Source: Bacillota bacterium (GTDB lineage Bacteria; Bacillota; Desulfotomaculia; Desulfotomaculales; UBA12532). Taken from it: DNA of 64,000 nt. The notes under the pieces were generated by a model that saw only the letters and a program-made list of their open reading frames with translations, did no database searches and had not been told where the DNA came from. Location of the stretch: NCBI GenBank assembly GCA_040751815.1, contig JBFMHQ010000002.1, positions 5,577-69,576 of the forward strand, written 5' to 3'. Shown one piece after another: positions 27,231-37,174 of the stretch. The position numbers were made by a program, and so were the translations under genes. Each line of letters starts with the position of its first letter. Within the stretch, counting starts at the first letter, position 1.

Positions 27231-28703
27231 TTAGTTTTCCCCTGCTAACAGGTGGCGAAACTCCTGTCCGGAAAGCTTTTCAGAGGTCAATAACTTTTCT
27301 ACGACCGCGTTTAGCACATGGTGACGTTCCTGGAGGCAGGCCCTTACCCGTGCTTCCTGTCTTTTGAGTATGCTGCTTACGGTGCGGTGCTTTATCTCTT
27401 TGGGTAACGTACTTGTCGCTACAATCCCAATCTCCGACATGCCACCCTTAACAAGGGTTTCGGCATACTGCACGGCCTGCTCGAAATCGTTGGCGGCACC
27501 TGTGCTGCGGCTGCCTAGAACCAGCTCTTCCGCCACGGCCCCAGCCAGGCAAACCGCGATGCGATCCTCCAGATACTCCTGCGTGTGTAAGTATTTATCG
27601 TCCTCCGGAACCTGGCGTATATATCCCAGGGCGCTACCCCGCGGCGTAATGGTTATGGAGGAAACCGAACCCGGTTGCAAGATTTCGCTCATTATAGCAT
27701 GTCCGGTTTCGTGTACGGCAACCCGTCTGATCTCCTCCCGCGACGGGCGGCGATCAAGCTTGCCACCCATAATCACCTTTTCAATGGCCTCCAGGAAATG
27801 CGCCTGTCCTATTTCCCGTGCACCTTCGCGCATGGCCAGAATGGCGGCCTCGTTAGCCAGACTTTCCAGGTGGGCCCCTGAAAAACCAAATGTCTCTCTG
27901 GCAATGACGTCAAGATCTACATCGCCGGCCAGAGGCTTGTTCCTGGTATGTAGACGCAGGATCTCCAGCCGTCCTTCGCGGTCAGGGAGTTCGACACGTA
28001 CCTGGCGGTCAAAGCGGCCCGGACGGAGCAGCGCCGGGTCCAACATGTCCGGCCGGTTGGTAGCGGCAACCACCAGGATCAGGACGTCGTCATCGATGCC
28101 CAGACCGTCCATCTCCACCAGCAACTGGTTGAGGGTCTGATCGTACTCGAGATGGCTCGTCGTCTTCCCACGCGTGTTTCCTAGGGCGTCGATCTCGTCG
28201 ATGAAAATAACGGCGTACTTCTTGCCGCGCTTTCGCGCCGCCTCACGCGCTTCCTGAAATAACCGGCGTACCCGCTGGGCTCCCACCCCTGCATACATCT
28301 CGATAAATTCGGACCCGCTGACCGAAAGGAAGACGGCGTCGGTATAGTGAGCCGCCGCCCTTGCCATCAGGGTCTTGCCGGTACCCGGTGGCCCGGTCAG
28401 GAGGATTCCCTTCAGGGGTCTGATGCCCAACCTCTTAATTTCATTATGGTTGCGGATAAAATCCAGGGCTTCCCGCAATTCTTCGACCGCCGAGGCCTGT
28501 CCACCTACGTCGGCAAAGGATATACTGGTATCCCCTTCAGATGTTACCCTGCTGAAAGTCTTAACCAGGCCCCGCGTCTGGGCTAGGTAATACAGGCCGA
28601 CACCCAGAAGCCCGAGGAGTATGAGAGGTCCGATATTATAGCCGTTGGCCAGGAGAAAAACGGCAACTGCGAGGCCGACCCCGATGCTAATCTCTTTGTA
28701 CAT
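27231..28703 (-). CDS. FtsH-like AAA+ / M41 zinc metalloprotease paralog lacking a periplasmic domain
   Basis: Two N-terminal TM helices separated by only a few residues, [51 protein letters not shown] (HExxH). Start refined to ATG 28703 (MYKEISIG). Confidence 0.8.
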   Translation of the reverse strand: MYKEISIGVGLAVAVFLLANGYNIGPLILLGLLGVGLYYLAQTRGLVKTFSRVTSEGDTSISFADVGGQASAVEELREALDFIRNHNEIKRLGIRPLKGILLTGPPGTGKTLMARAAAHYTDAVFLSVSGSEFIEMYAGVGAQRVRRLFQEAREAARKRGKKYAVIFIDEIDALGNTRGKTTSHLEYDQTLNQLLVEMDGLGIDDDVLILVVAATNRPDMLDPALLRPGRFDRQVRVELPDREGRLEILRLHTRNKPLAGDVDLDVIARETFGFSGAHLESLANEAAILAMREGAREIGQAHFLEAIEKVIMGGKLDRRPSREEIRRVAVHETGHAIMSEILQPGSVSSITITPRGSALGYIRQVPEDDKYLHTQEYLEDRIAVCLAGAVAEELVLGSRSTGAANDFEQAVQYAETLVKGGMSEIGIVATSTLPKEIKHRTVSSILKRQEARVRACLQERHHVLNAVVEKLLTSEKLSGQEFRHLLAGEN

Positions 28704-29241
28704 AGAGCCTACCTCCGTTCGCCTCGCCGTAGACGGAAGGGGCAACTCTGGGTATCACTTCGACCAGGTAACGGTCGTCCTTCCACATATAAACGTAGAC
28801 GTGTTGGCCATCTAGCCAGACCCTGGCCTGGGCTCCGACGGCCGCAGCATTTTCTTTAACTTTTTCTGCCATGTTCTCGAAATTACCACCGGCGATGGCC
28901 GTATAAATGGCGAATTGACTCCGGTAAAAGGCCTCGTTCAAGGCCGCCGACCGCCGGTCCTCAACAATCAATTGATAAGGACGGTCGCGCAAAGCCGAAC
29001 GCAACTTTTCGTCCAGCTCCCGGTATTCGTGCATCAGGTCGGACGGCTTTTTCAGACGCACGTAAACCTTTAACGTCGCCCCGTCCTCGACCCGGTAGGT
29101 TATGCTATCCGCAGCCATAATTTCCCGCAGGGGCTGCTGCAGGCTATATTTGAGGTAAAGCCACTGCCCGCCAAAAAGGACGGCAAGGGTAGCGAGAAGT
29201 GACGCCAGGATAACTTTAAAGCGCAGCCTGTACCATTGCAC
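28687..29241 (-). CDS. Hypothetical membrane-anchored protein
   Basis: 184 aa, GTG start with GGGAGG RBS, one N-terminal TM helix (VILASLLATLAVLFGG). No family recognised. Its 3' end overlaps the FtsH-like start by 17 nt. Confidence 0.5.
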   Translation of the reverse strand: MQWYRLRFKVILASLLATLAVLFGGQWLYLKYSLQQPLREIMAADSITYRVEDGATLKVYVRLKKPSDLMHEYRELDEKLRSALRDRPYQLIVEDRRSAALNEAFYRSQFAIYTAIAGGNFENMAEKVKENAAAVGAQARVWLDGQHVYVYMWKDDRYLVEVIPRVAPSVYGEANGGRLYVQRD

Positions 29242-29307
29242 GTCCCTGTTCCTCCCGCCATCACTCTTGACAGTTAATGATTATACCACGGGGCAACTGC
29301 CATTTCC

Positions 29308-30675
29308 TTATGAAATGGATGGCATGGAAGGGCCTACGGATTCACCCTCAAGATCATAAGGATAGGCTTTGGTAATATGCACGACCGCAAAATCACCGGG
29401 AGAGAAATACCCGGATCCCCTGAAGAAGACCCGACCGTCCACTTCAGGCGCGTCGGCTTCGCTACGGCCCAGGTAGCGTTTTCCCCGCCTCCCCTCAACG
29501 AGTACCGTTATATTTCTTCCCGTCTTTTCCCTGTTAAGAGCAAAGGTTATTCTTTTTTGCAACGCAACGGCCTTTTCGAGACGCTCCTGCCGTACCCGGG
29601 ACGGCACCTGGCCCGGCATCCTGGCTGCCGGAGTACCTTCCTGGGCCGAAAAAACAAAAAACCCGGCACGTTCAAGGCGCATTTCCTTAAGAAAGGCAAG
29701 CAATTCTTCAAAGTCTTTTTCCGTTTCACCCGGATACCCAACCATAAAGGTGGAGCGAATGGTAATTCCGGGAACCACCGCGCGCACACGGGCTAACAAT
29801 TCCCGCAAGTCGGCCTGGGTTGTTGGACGGCCCATAGCCTTCAGGACCTTGTCGCTGGCATGCTGCATAGGAATATCCAGATAGTTGCAGACGGCTGGCT
29901 CTGTCGCAATAACTTCCAGGAGGTCGTCAGTTATCCCAGTAGGGTAGCAATAGAGAATACGCACCCACCTTACCCCGGGCAGGCGTGCCAGGGCTTTTAC
30001 AAGGTATGCCAGACTGATACCGTTGCCCAGGTCGGCGCCGTAACGTGTGGTATCCTGCGCAACAAGGACGATTTCTCGGCAACCGCAGGCAACGGCACGC
30101 CGGGCTTCTTCAAGGATGGTATCCGGCGGCCGGCTCCGAAAGGGACCCCTAAGGCGGGGAATAATACAGTAACGGCAACAATTGCTGCATCCCTCGGCAA
30201 TCTTGATAAAGGTGGTATACGGAGGACGGGTAGCAAGACGCGGTACGGGGGTGGCCGGGGCGTAGCCAGGGGCGCCAACTTCTACTACCTTCTCGCCGGC
30301 CAGGCAACGCCCGGTCACCTCGGCGATTCGGTCAAGCTGGCCGGTACCTACCAGGCCGTCTATCTCAGGAATTTCCTGTAGAAGGGTTGGCCCGTAACGT
30401 TGCGCCAGGCACCCTGTGACGACCAGTGCCCGGCAACGCCCGGTGCGTTTGTAGGCTGCCAGATCCAGAATCGTGTTGACCGCTTCTTCCTGGGCAGCGT
30501 CTATAAAGGCACAGGTATTGACAAGAATAACGTCGGCCAGGGATTCCCGGCCGGTAAATTCATAACCCGCCTGGCTTAGAAGGCCAAGCATGGTTTCGGT
30601 ATCCACTCTATTTTTGTCGCATCCCAGACTGGCTACAGCTACCTTAACCCTGGTCTCCCTGGGCGGCAAACTCAT
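29308..30675 (-). CDS. rimO: Radical-SAM methylthiotransferase, RimO type (ribosomal protein S12 Asp88)
   Basis: VAVASLGCDKNRVDTETMLG, NTCAFI, EGCSNCCRYCIIP (CxxxCxxC), C-terminal TRAM-like segment. Confidence 0.85.
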   Translation of the reverse strand: MSLPPRETRVKVAVASLGCDKNRVDTETMLGLLSQAGYEFTGRESLADVILVNTCAFIDAAQEEAVNTILDLAAYKRTGRCRALVVTGCLAQRYGPTLLQEIPEIDGLVGTGQLDRIAEVTGRCLAGEKVVEVGAPGYAPATPVPRLATRPPYTTFIKIAEGCSNCCRYCIIPRLRGPFRSRPPDTILEEARRAVACGCREIVLVAQDTTRYGADLGNGISLAYLVKALARLPGVRWVRILYCYPTGITDDLLEVIATEPAVCNYLDIPMQHASDKVLKAMGRPTTQADLRELLARVRAVVPGITIRSTFMVGYPGETEKDFEELLAFLKEMRLERAGFFVFSAQEGTPAARMPGQVPSRVRQERLEKAVALQKRITFALNREKTGRNITVLVEGRRGKRYLGRSEADAPEVDGRVFFRGSGYFSPGDFAVVHITKAYPYDLEGESVGPSMPSIS

Positions 30676-31351
30676 GGGTTACCACATCACCGGTTTTCCC
30701 CAGGTACCCGATTTCTTTACCATTAAACTCAATGTGTACCGCACCCGCGTTACCCAACTTAATCCATACCTTTCTCCGTCCTTGAAATTCCTGCCGGTCA
30801 CCGCTGGTCAACATCCCCTCAAAGGCCGGTTCGTCGTCAACACGTACCTGCGCCCAGCAGGCATCACCTGTTACGGCTAGTTTAAGGTTAACACCTTGTG
30901 GTTTCTGTACTGCGCCGCTGGGTTTCTGCTTCGGTGTGTCAACCAGACCCGAGGAGGTATCTTCCGGCGGGGGCGTGTTCTCCCTTGGCATCTGGAGCGC
31001 CCGGTAAGCGGCGTTGAAGATCAAAAGACCGGCAATGATACACAGGACCACTACGTAGTTTGCGTAACGCGGGCGTCGGGCTACCGGGCTGTGTTTTATT
31101 TCAACGGGTTCGCCTTTCTCTGGAGGAAAAATCTGGTCGAATTCCCGGGCAAGCTCTTCCGCGTCCAGACGCAGAAACCTGGCATATGTTCGAAGAAAAG
31201 CTTTACCGTATACCCGACCGGGGAGGTCGTTAAAACGTTCCTCTTCAAGGGCCGACAGGTACCTAGCCCTGATTTTCGTGCTTTCTTCTACGTCGTCAAG
31301 GGTATAACCCAGGGCTAATCTTGCTTCTTTTAGCCTGCGCCCTACATCCAC
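30644..31351 (-). CDS. RodZ-like HTH (XRE) membrane protein with C-terminal DUF4115-like domain
   Basis: VGRRLKEARLALGYTLDDVEESTKIRARYLSALEEERF..LPG.VY.KAFLRTYA, a central TM helix, and C-terminal ...WAQVRVDDEP.FEGML..GD...F. Confidence 0.75.
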   Translation of the reverse strand: MDVGRRLKEARLALGYTLDDVEESTKIRARYLSALEEERFNDLPGRVYGKAFLRTYARFLRLDAEELAREFDQIFPPEKGEPVEIKHSPVARRPRYANYVVVLCIIAGLLIFNAAYRALQMPRENTPPPEDTSSGLVDTPKQKPSGAVQKPQGVNLKLAVTGDACWAQVRVDDEPAFEGMLTSGDRQEFQGRRKVWIKLGNAGAVHIEFNGKEIGYLGKTGDVVTHEFAAQGDQG

Positions 31352-31422
31352 CGCCTCACCTCCCCCAAAGACCTTTTCGCAAGCCTAATATACCATAGCC
31401 CCATACCCCGGTCAACGCAGCC

Positions 31423-33597
31423 TCAACGCCCCTTGGAGCCAATTTTCTGGTACTGTTCCCAGGTCATAAGTACCGCCCGCGGCTTGCTTCCTTCGTATCC
31501 CCCTATGATGCCGCGCCTCTCCATCATATCGATAAGCCGCGCCGCCCGCGCGTAACCGATATGCAGCCGCCGTTGCAGAAGGGAAATGGAAGCGTGGCCT
31601 GTACGCAGGATGATCTCCACGGCCTGCGGAAAAAGCTCGTCGTCGCTCTGTGTATCGTTTTCGCCGTTGTCGCCACTGAAGATCTCGTCCTGGTAACTCG
31701 GCATGGCCTGCCGCCTCCAGAAGGCGGAGAGCGCCTCCACATCCTTGTCTGAAAGGTACGCGCCCTGCAGGCGCACGGGCTTGGCCGCGCCTACAGGCAG
31801 GAACAACATGTCGCCCCGCCCGAGGAGCTTCTCAGCACCTCCGGCATCCAGAATGGTCCTGGAGTCGGTTTGTGAGGATACGGCGAAGGAAATGCGCGAG
31901 GGAATGTTGGCCTTAATCAGGCCGGTAATCACGTCTACCGAAGGTCTCTGTGTAGCCACCACAAGGTGGATACCGGCAGCCCGGGCCATCTGTGCCAGGC
32001 GGCAGATGGCGTCCTCTACATCGGTGGGCGCCACGAGCATGAGATCGGCGAGCTCGTCGATAACCACAACGATGAGGGGGAGAGCCGCCTCCCCGGGTTG
32101 TTCCCGCATCCTGAAAACGCTGTTGTATCTGGTTATGTCCCGCACGCCGGCGGCCGCAAAGAGTTCGTACCGGCGCTCCATTTCGCGCACCAGCCACTTC
32201 AGGGAAAGGGCCGCCTTCTTGGGATCCGTAACCACAGGCGCGATCAGGTGCGGTACCCCATTGTACGTTGTGAGCTCAACCATTTTAGGGTCGACCAGCA
32301 GGAATTTAACTTCTTCGGGAGTGCTCTTAAACAATATGCTGGCGATAATGGTATTAAGGCAGACGCTTTTTCCTGCGCCCGTGGCACCGGCAATTAGGAG
32401 GTGCGGCATCTGCGCCAGGTCGGCTACTACCGCGTTTCCGGCAATATCCTTGCCCAGAGCGATGGTCAGGCATGAAGCCGACTGGACGAATTCTTTTGTT
32501 TCCAGGAGTTCCCGCAGGTGCACGGGAGCGATTTCTTTATTAGGTATTTCAATACCGAGGGCTGCCTTGCCCGGTATGGGCGCCTCGATGCGTACGGCCG
32601 GCGCGGCCATGGACAGGGCGATATCGTCGGCAAGACTTACGATACGGCTTACCTTGACGCCCGCCGCCGGCTGCAATTCATAACGGGTAATAGCCGGGCC
32701 ACGGGATACCTGAAGGACCTTTGCCTTAACCCCAAAGTTCTCCAGGGTTTCCTCGAGGATACGGATGTTGTCGGCGATATCCTTATGGCTGCGTGTGGTC
32801 TTTGGGCGCGGCGGTTTGGAGAGAATCGTTACGGGCGGCAATTGAAAAGAGGCCACCTCTTGCAGCGAAAGCTGGTGGACTTCCTGACGCGGTGGGCGGC
32901 CCAAGGCAACCTTCGGGGTCTCGTCCGCCGGTCGAGGCGTTTCTTCCTCGGGAGGCGTTTCCCGCTCCTGGGTTACTGTGTGGTCAATAATTACCGGTGC
33001 CGGGGTAACTTCCCTTTCTTCCGCCGTAAAAAGGAAGCCGTCGAGAACCCGCCCTGTTTTTTTTATCACGCCCCCGGCCCGCGCAGCCACCCGCTGTGCC
33101 AGTTGGACCATGGGGGCTTCGGTAAAAAGGATGACTCCGGCGATCAGGGCCATCCCCAGAATGATGTGTGAACCTGCGTAGCCAAAACACCGCCATGCTG
33201 ACCATGCGGCAATTGCCCCTATAAGCCCGCCGCCATCGCCTGCCAACCCAGCAGCCAGCGTGTCACGGAAGGCAAGGTCCAGAGGTACGAGTAGCAGGTG
33301 GGCCCAGGTAAGCAGCACAGCGAGGACCACGGTGCCGCCGTACAATTTCTGAAGAAACTGAGAAGGGTTACGCTCCTTGATCAGCCGCCAGCCGTAATAC
33401 CCCAGGAAGAACGGAATCAGATAGCGACCTTCGCCTGCTGCGCCCAGGCAAAGGCGGGCAAGGCCCCGGCCAACCGCACCGGCTCCGGCACCACAAAGGC
33501 TGAGAAGGGTAAAGAAGGCCAGAGCGAGAAGACCCAGGCCGAAAATTTCGTATTTCAGTTCTTTGCGCAGTCCGCCGCTCGCTCCCATGTCCGCCAC
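31423..33597 (-). CDS. ftsK: DNA translocase FtsK/SpoIIIE
   Basis: N-terminal 4 TM helices, [14 protein letters not shown] Walker [25 protein letters not shown]-terminal gamma winged helix ([20 protein letters not shown]). Confidence 0.9.
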   Translation of the reverse strand: MADMGASGGLRKELKYEIFGLGLLALAFFTLLSLCGAGAGAVGRGLARLCLGAAGEGRYLIPFFLGYYGWRLIKERNPSQFLQKLYGGTVVLAVLLTWAHLLLVPLDLAFRDTLAAGLAGDGGGLIGAIAAWSAWRCFGYAGSHIILGMALIAGVILFTEAPMVQLAQRVAARAGGVIKKTGRVLDGFLFTAEEREVTPAPVIIDHTVTQERETPPEEETPRPADETPKVALGRPPRQEVHQLSLQEVASFQLPPVTILSKPPRPKTTRSHKDIADNIRILEETLENFGVKAKVLQVSRGPAITRYELQPAAGVKVSRIVSLADDIALSMAAPAVRIEAPIPGKAALGIEIPNKEIAPVHLRELLETKEFVQSASCLTIALGKDIAGNAVVADLAQMPHLLIAGATGAGKSVCLNTIIASILFKSTPEEVKFLLVDPKMVELTTYNGVPHLIAPVVTDPKKAALSLKWLVREMERRYELFAAAGVRDITRYNSVFRMREQPGEAALPLIVVVIDELADLMLVAPTDVEDAICRLAQMARAAGIHLVVATQRPSVDVITGLIKANIPSRISFAVSSQTDSRTILDAGGAEKLLGRGDMLFLPVGAAKPVRLQGAYLSDKDVEALSAFWRRQAMPSYQDEIFSGDNGENDTQSDDELFPQAVEIILRTGHASISLLQRRLHIGYARAARLIDMMERRGIIGGYEGSKPRAVLMTWEQYQKIGSKGR

Positions 33598-33639
33598 CCA
33601 AAATTTATTTTCGCCGGAAATTTGCCAAATCCTTTCCTG

Positions 33640-33668
33640 TTGTTTATTACCTGTTGTCCTGGTATAAT
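33640..33668 (+). promoter_or_regulatory. Sigma-A-type promoter for the zinc-ribbon/nuclease genes
   Basis: TTGTTT (33640-33645), 17 nt spacer, TATAAT (33663-33668) preceded by TGG. Confidence 0.5.
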
Positions 33669-33744
33669 CAAACCATAAGGTACAATAATAGTTAACATCA
33701 AGGATTCAACCTTATACGCATCCTGTTCAGGAGGTTTGTTATCG

Positions 33745-34020
33745 GTGAAATGCCCGCTTTGCGAGGTTAGTATGAAGGAAGTGGAACGTCGCGGCGTACT
33801 GATCGACGTTTGTCCGGAATGCAAGGGGGTTTGGTTGGACAAGGGAGAACTTGAAAAGCTCCTGTTAGCATCCAGGGAGCACGTTGCCGAGAGGCATTCT
33901 ATCGAGCCCGAGGAATACCGGCCCCAGACGGAACACTATTACAAAGACGATTATTATTACAAGCATAAGAAGCACAAGCGGAAGTCATTCCTTGAAGATA
34001 TTTTTGATATTTTCGATTAG
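33745..34020 (+). CDS. TFIIB-type zinc-ribbon small protein
   Basis: KCPLCEVSMKEVERRGVLIDVCPECKGVWLDKGELEKLL with a Tyr/Lys-rich tail ending FLEDIFDIFD. Start refined to GTG 33745 (CAGGAGG RBS). Confidence 0.7.
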   Translation: MKCPLCEVSMKEVERRGVLIDVCPECKGVWLDKGELEKLLLASREHVAERHSIEPEEYRPQTEHYYKDDYYYKHKKHKRKSFLEDIFDIFD

Positions 34021-34061
34021 GGGTCTTATAACCGGCTTCTGGAAAAAGGGAGGTGAAGACG

Positions 34062-34529
34062 GTGATCCCCGTCCGTGTAAAGGAAATCGCCTTTGACGCC
34101 GGCATGAACCCTGTTCTCTTGCTGATTGACGAGGAAGGATCCCGGGTTTTGCCTATCTGGATCGGACCATTCGAAGCCCACGCAATTGCTTTGGCCCTCG
34201 AAGGGGCGCAGCCAGCTCGCCCCCTGACCCATGACCTCCTGAAATCCGTTTGCGAAAAATTGCAGGCTAGGGTTATCAGCGTCACCATCTCAGATGTTCA
34301 GGATGGAACGTATTTTGCCGAACTTCGCCTGGAACGGAATGGTACGGAAACGGTACTCGACGCCCGCCCAAGTGATGCTGTAGCCCTTGCCCTGCGCACC
34401 GTGGCGCCGATCTTCATTACCGATAAAGTCGCCAACTATACGGTAGCCGTTGAAGATCTCTTCCGGCGGGAAGTGGCGGAACCCGACCTGGAGCAGAATG
34501 ATCCGGAATTGAAAAAACGGTTGCATTAG
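34062..34529 (+). CDS. Bifunctional nuclease family protein (DUF151/BFN)
   Basis: PVLLLIDEEGSRVLPIWIGPFEAHAIALALEG...RPLTHDLL...DARPSDAVALALR. Start refined to GTG 34062. Confidence 0.75.
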   Translation: MIPVRVKEIAFDAGMNPVLLLIDEEGSRVLPIWIGPFEAHAIALALEGAQPARPLTHDLLKSVCEKLQARVISVTISDVQDGTYFAELRLERNGTETVLDARPSDAVALALRTVAPIFITDKVANYTVAVEDLFRREVAEPDLEQNDPELKKRLH

Positions 34530-34532
34530 GGT

Positions 34533-34560
34533 GGCGGGTCGTTCGACCCGCCCCTTTTTT
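34533..34560 (+). terminator. Intrinsic terminator
   Basis: GGCGGGTCG-tt-CGACCCGCC followed by CCTTTTTT. Confidence 0.7.
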
Positions 34561-34561
34561 C

Positions 34562-35350
34562 TCAAGAGCGCGCCAGGGTTACGGCAAGAACCAGTCCACC
34601 AAGAAGGAAGCGGTACCAGACGAAGATATTGAAGTTCCTCGTGGACACGTAGCGCAGGAGAAACCAGATAGCCAGAAAACCGGTCACGGCCGAGACAACG
34701 ACGCCTGTCAGAAAAGGAGTCGTCAAGTCGGCCGGTGTGAGGTCTTTGAGCTGGAAAACCCCTGCCCCAAAGATGATAGGCGTCGATAAGAGGAAGGAGA
34801 AACGGGTCGCCGCCTGGCGGTCAAGGCCTAAAACCCTGGCAGCCGTAATTGTCGCGCCCGAGCGGGAAACACCCGGCACAATGGCCAAGGCCTGCGCGGC
34901 CCCAATAAGCAACGCGTTAACTAGCGTAATATCGTTAAGACTCCTGGTTCGTTTTCCGAAACGGTCGGCCAGGTAGAGGATGACACCCATTACGATGAGC
35001 ATGGTGCCGACCAGAAAAGGCGCCCGAAAAACGGTGGCCGCGTAATCTTCTAGAAAAAACCCGGCCACGGCACCCGGTATGGTCGCTACCACCAGGTACC
35101 AGAATAGTGCCCCCTCCCTCGAGCGCCTGTGGGTTAGCCCGTGGTGCAAGAGTACCAACCAGTCGCGCCAGAAGTAGGCCACCACCCCGATAAGGGTACC
35201 GGCGTGCAGGGCAACGTCGAAGGCAAGGCCGGGGTCGTTCCACATGAAAAACCACGGTACCAGAACCAGATGCGCCGAACTTGAGATAGGCAGGAATTCG
35301 CCCAGCCCCTGGACAAGGCCGAGCACGGCGGCCTGAAGAATCTCCAACAC
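34562..35350 (-). CDS. uppP: Undecaprenyl-diphosphate phosphatase
   Basis: ILQAAVLGLVQGLGEFLPISSSAHL, PGVSRSGATI. Start refined to GTG 35350 (GGGGGGAGA RBS). Confidence 0.9.
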   Translation of the reverse strand: MLEILQAAVLGLVQGLGEFLPISSSAHLVLVPWFFMWNDPGLAFDVALHAGTLIGVVAYFWRDWLVLLHHGLTHRRSREGALFWYLVVATIPGAVAGFFLEDYAATVFRAPFLVGTMLIVMGVILYLADRFGKRTRSLNDITLVNALLIGAAQALAIVPGVSRSGATITAARVLGLDRQAATRFSFLLSTPIIFGAGVFQLKDLTPADLTTPFLTGVVVSAVTGFLAIWFLLRYVSTRNFNIFVWYRFLLGGLVLAVTLARS

Positions 35351-35384
35351 AGTATTTTCTCCCCCCCCTGCCCAATTAGGTTTA

Positions 35385-35654
35385 TTATAGCACGACTTTC
35401 TCGAGTTCGGCGAGTACTTGATCCGGATCCTTGCCGGTGGCGTCAATCACCGGTGCGTAAGGGGCATGGGCCAGGGGCCTGACGGGCAGGAAGGTCGATC
35501 CTTCGCCTATCCCCTTGTTTTCTGTAACTCCTGTGGTAACAATAAAGGCCTCCGCACCCTGGGGGTTGGACGGGTGCACCACCTCGTACCCCAAAGCTGC
35601 TAGTTTTTGCTTGATTTCCGAAAGGTTTTCCTGGACGGCAATTTTCCCTGCCAC
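35385..35654 (-). CDS. YkuS-like (UPF0180) small protein
   Basis: MAGKIAVQENLSEIKQKLAALGYEVV resembles the YkuS N-terminus. Confidence 0.6.
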   Translation of the reverse strand: MAGKIAVQENLSEIKQKLAALGYEVVHPSNPQGAEAFIVTTGVTENKGIGEGSTFLPVRPLAHAPYAPVIDATGKDPDQVLAELEKVVL

Positions 35655-35677
35655 CGTATTTCCTCCTTCCGTTAGCG

Positions 35678-35902
35678 TCAGGTTTCATCCCCGTGCAGGA
35701 CAACCCGTGTGCCTGGCGCCAGCTCGGGCCTCAGGTAGTCGAAGGCGTCGGTGCTCAAAAGGCGCACAATTTCTCCCTCGCCGAACCCCGTCTCCCGGAT
35801 AACGGCCGGCACCTCGTTAACAACGACCTCCCGCTCGGGGCGCGTCTCCTTTTCGCCTCCTGCCAGTACCAGTTCGAGTTGCATTGGCGTCCAGATGATC
35901 AC
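35678..35902 (-). CDS. YlzJ-like small protein
   Basis: 74 aa, ...[21 protein letters not shown]... motif. 4-nt overlap with the upstream ClpP-like gene, as in the tepA-ylzJ pairs of Bacilli. Confidence 0.6.
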   Translation of the reverse strand: MIIWTPMQLELVLAGGEKETRPEREVVVNEVPAVIRETGFGEGEIVRLLSTDAFDYLRPELAPGTRVVLHGDET

Positions 35903-36681
35903 TGGACGGGCGCCTCCCTTTTTTGCTTATAGGCTTCCGCCATTTGCTTCAGCTTTGCGGTAGCCGCGCCGATACCTCCCACTTCGTCTATAAGACCGCA
36001 CTCCACCGCCTCTTTCCCGATAAGGACGGTGCCGATATCGCGTGCCAGTTCGCCCGTGCGGAACATCAGATCGCGAAAACGTGCTTCGCCGATACGGGAG
36101 TGCTTGACAACAAATTTCACCACGCGATCCTGCATTTTTTCCAGATATTCAAAGGTTTGTGGTACACCGATTACCAGTCCATTCAGGCGAATGGGATGAA
36201 TGGTCATGCTTGCCGTCTCGGCAATAAAGGAGTATTGCGCCGCCACGGCAATGGGCACGCCGATGCTATGTCCTCCGCCAAGGACCAGGGAAACTGTGGG
36301 CTTAGAAAGGGAGGCGATCATTTCGGCGATAGCCAGGCCCGCCTCTACATCACCGCCTACCGTGTTGAGGATTATAAGTACGCCGTGGACCTGCGGGTGT
36401 TGTTCCAGCGCCACGAGTTGCGGGATGATATGTTCGTACTTGGTGGTCTTATTCTGCGAGGGAAGGACCATGTGGCCCTCGATCTGACCGACAATGGTCA
36501 GGGTCTGGAGGGGCGACCGTACAGCAGGCAGCGCAAAAGTTCCGAGTTCCCGAAGGCTGCGCATGCGCTGGCGCTGATCGCCAGGAGCCGGCCCCTGGGG
36601 CTGCGACTCCGGTTCGTGCATGGCATCGGGTAACTGGTAGCCGAAAAGGGCGTCGGGGAGACGATAATCGCCGCTGCTCAT
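35899..36681 (-). CDS. ClpP-family serine protease, TepA-like
   Basis: [47 protein letters not shown]. Confidence 0.8.
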   Translation of the reverse strand: MSSGDYRLPDALFGYQLPDAMHEPESQPQGPAPGDQRQRMRSLRELGTFALPAVRSPLQTLTIVGQIEGHMVLPSQNKTTKYEHIIPQLVALEQHPQVHGVLIILNTVGGDVEAGLAIAEMIASLSKPTVSLVLGGGHSIGVPIAVAAQYSFIAETASMTIHPIRLNGLVIGVPQTFEYLEKMQDRVVKFVVKHSRIGEARFRDLMFRTGELARDIGTVLIGKEAVECGLIDEVGGIGAATAKLKQMAEAYKQKREAPVQ

Positions 36682-36857
36682 CTTGAGGGCCTCCGTCGCC
36701 GGTTTTCGACGTTATTATGCACCGGAGGGGGCGATGCTAACCAAGGGACATGGAACCATCTCAGACATAAAAAAAGAAGCGCCGGCAGCTCTCCCGATGC
36801 GTAGACGGCGCACGAAGTAACGTCCCTGCGGAAGGGAAAAGGGGGAAAGAAACGCTG

Positions 36858-37118
36858 TCAGTGGGTCAGGGCCGCGCCGAGATCTACCACCTTCGCCCGT
36901 ACGCCCTCAATGCGCTCCAGTTCCTCCTTCAGAGCCCGCGAGCCCGGCGCGTCACTTTGCAGGGTAAGGGTAATAATACCCCGCGTTCGCGACGGGTCCG
37001 GGATACCATTGCGACTGAGAATAAGCGAGCCGTAGCGGGTCAAAACTTCCTGGACGGCAGGCGCACGGTCGGCACGCTGGTCGACCAGGATGCCCATAAC
37101 ATAAATGTGCTCCGCCAA
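36858..37118 (-). CDS. TM1266-like ACT-fold protein ('iron-only hydrogenase system regulator' family)
   Basis: IYVMGILVDQRADRAPAVQEVLTRYGSLILSRNGIPDPSRTRGIITLTLQSD...L...L..I.GV.AK matches the remembered family pattern. Start refined to TTG 37118 (AGGGAGGAG RBS). Confidence 0.6.
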   Translation of the reverse strand: MAEHIYVMGILVDQRADRAPAVQEVLTRYGSLILSRNGIPDPSRTRGIITLTLQSDAPGSRALKEELERIEGVRAKVVDLGAALTH

Positions 37119-37174
37119 CGGTGAAGCTCCTCCCTTCAGAACCTGCTGGGTATAATATTCCCCTGCATACGGCG

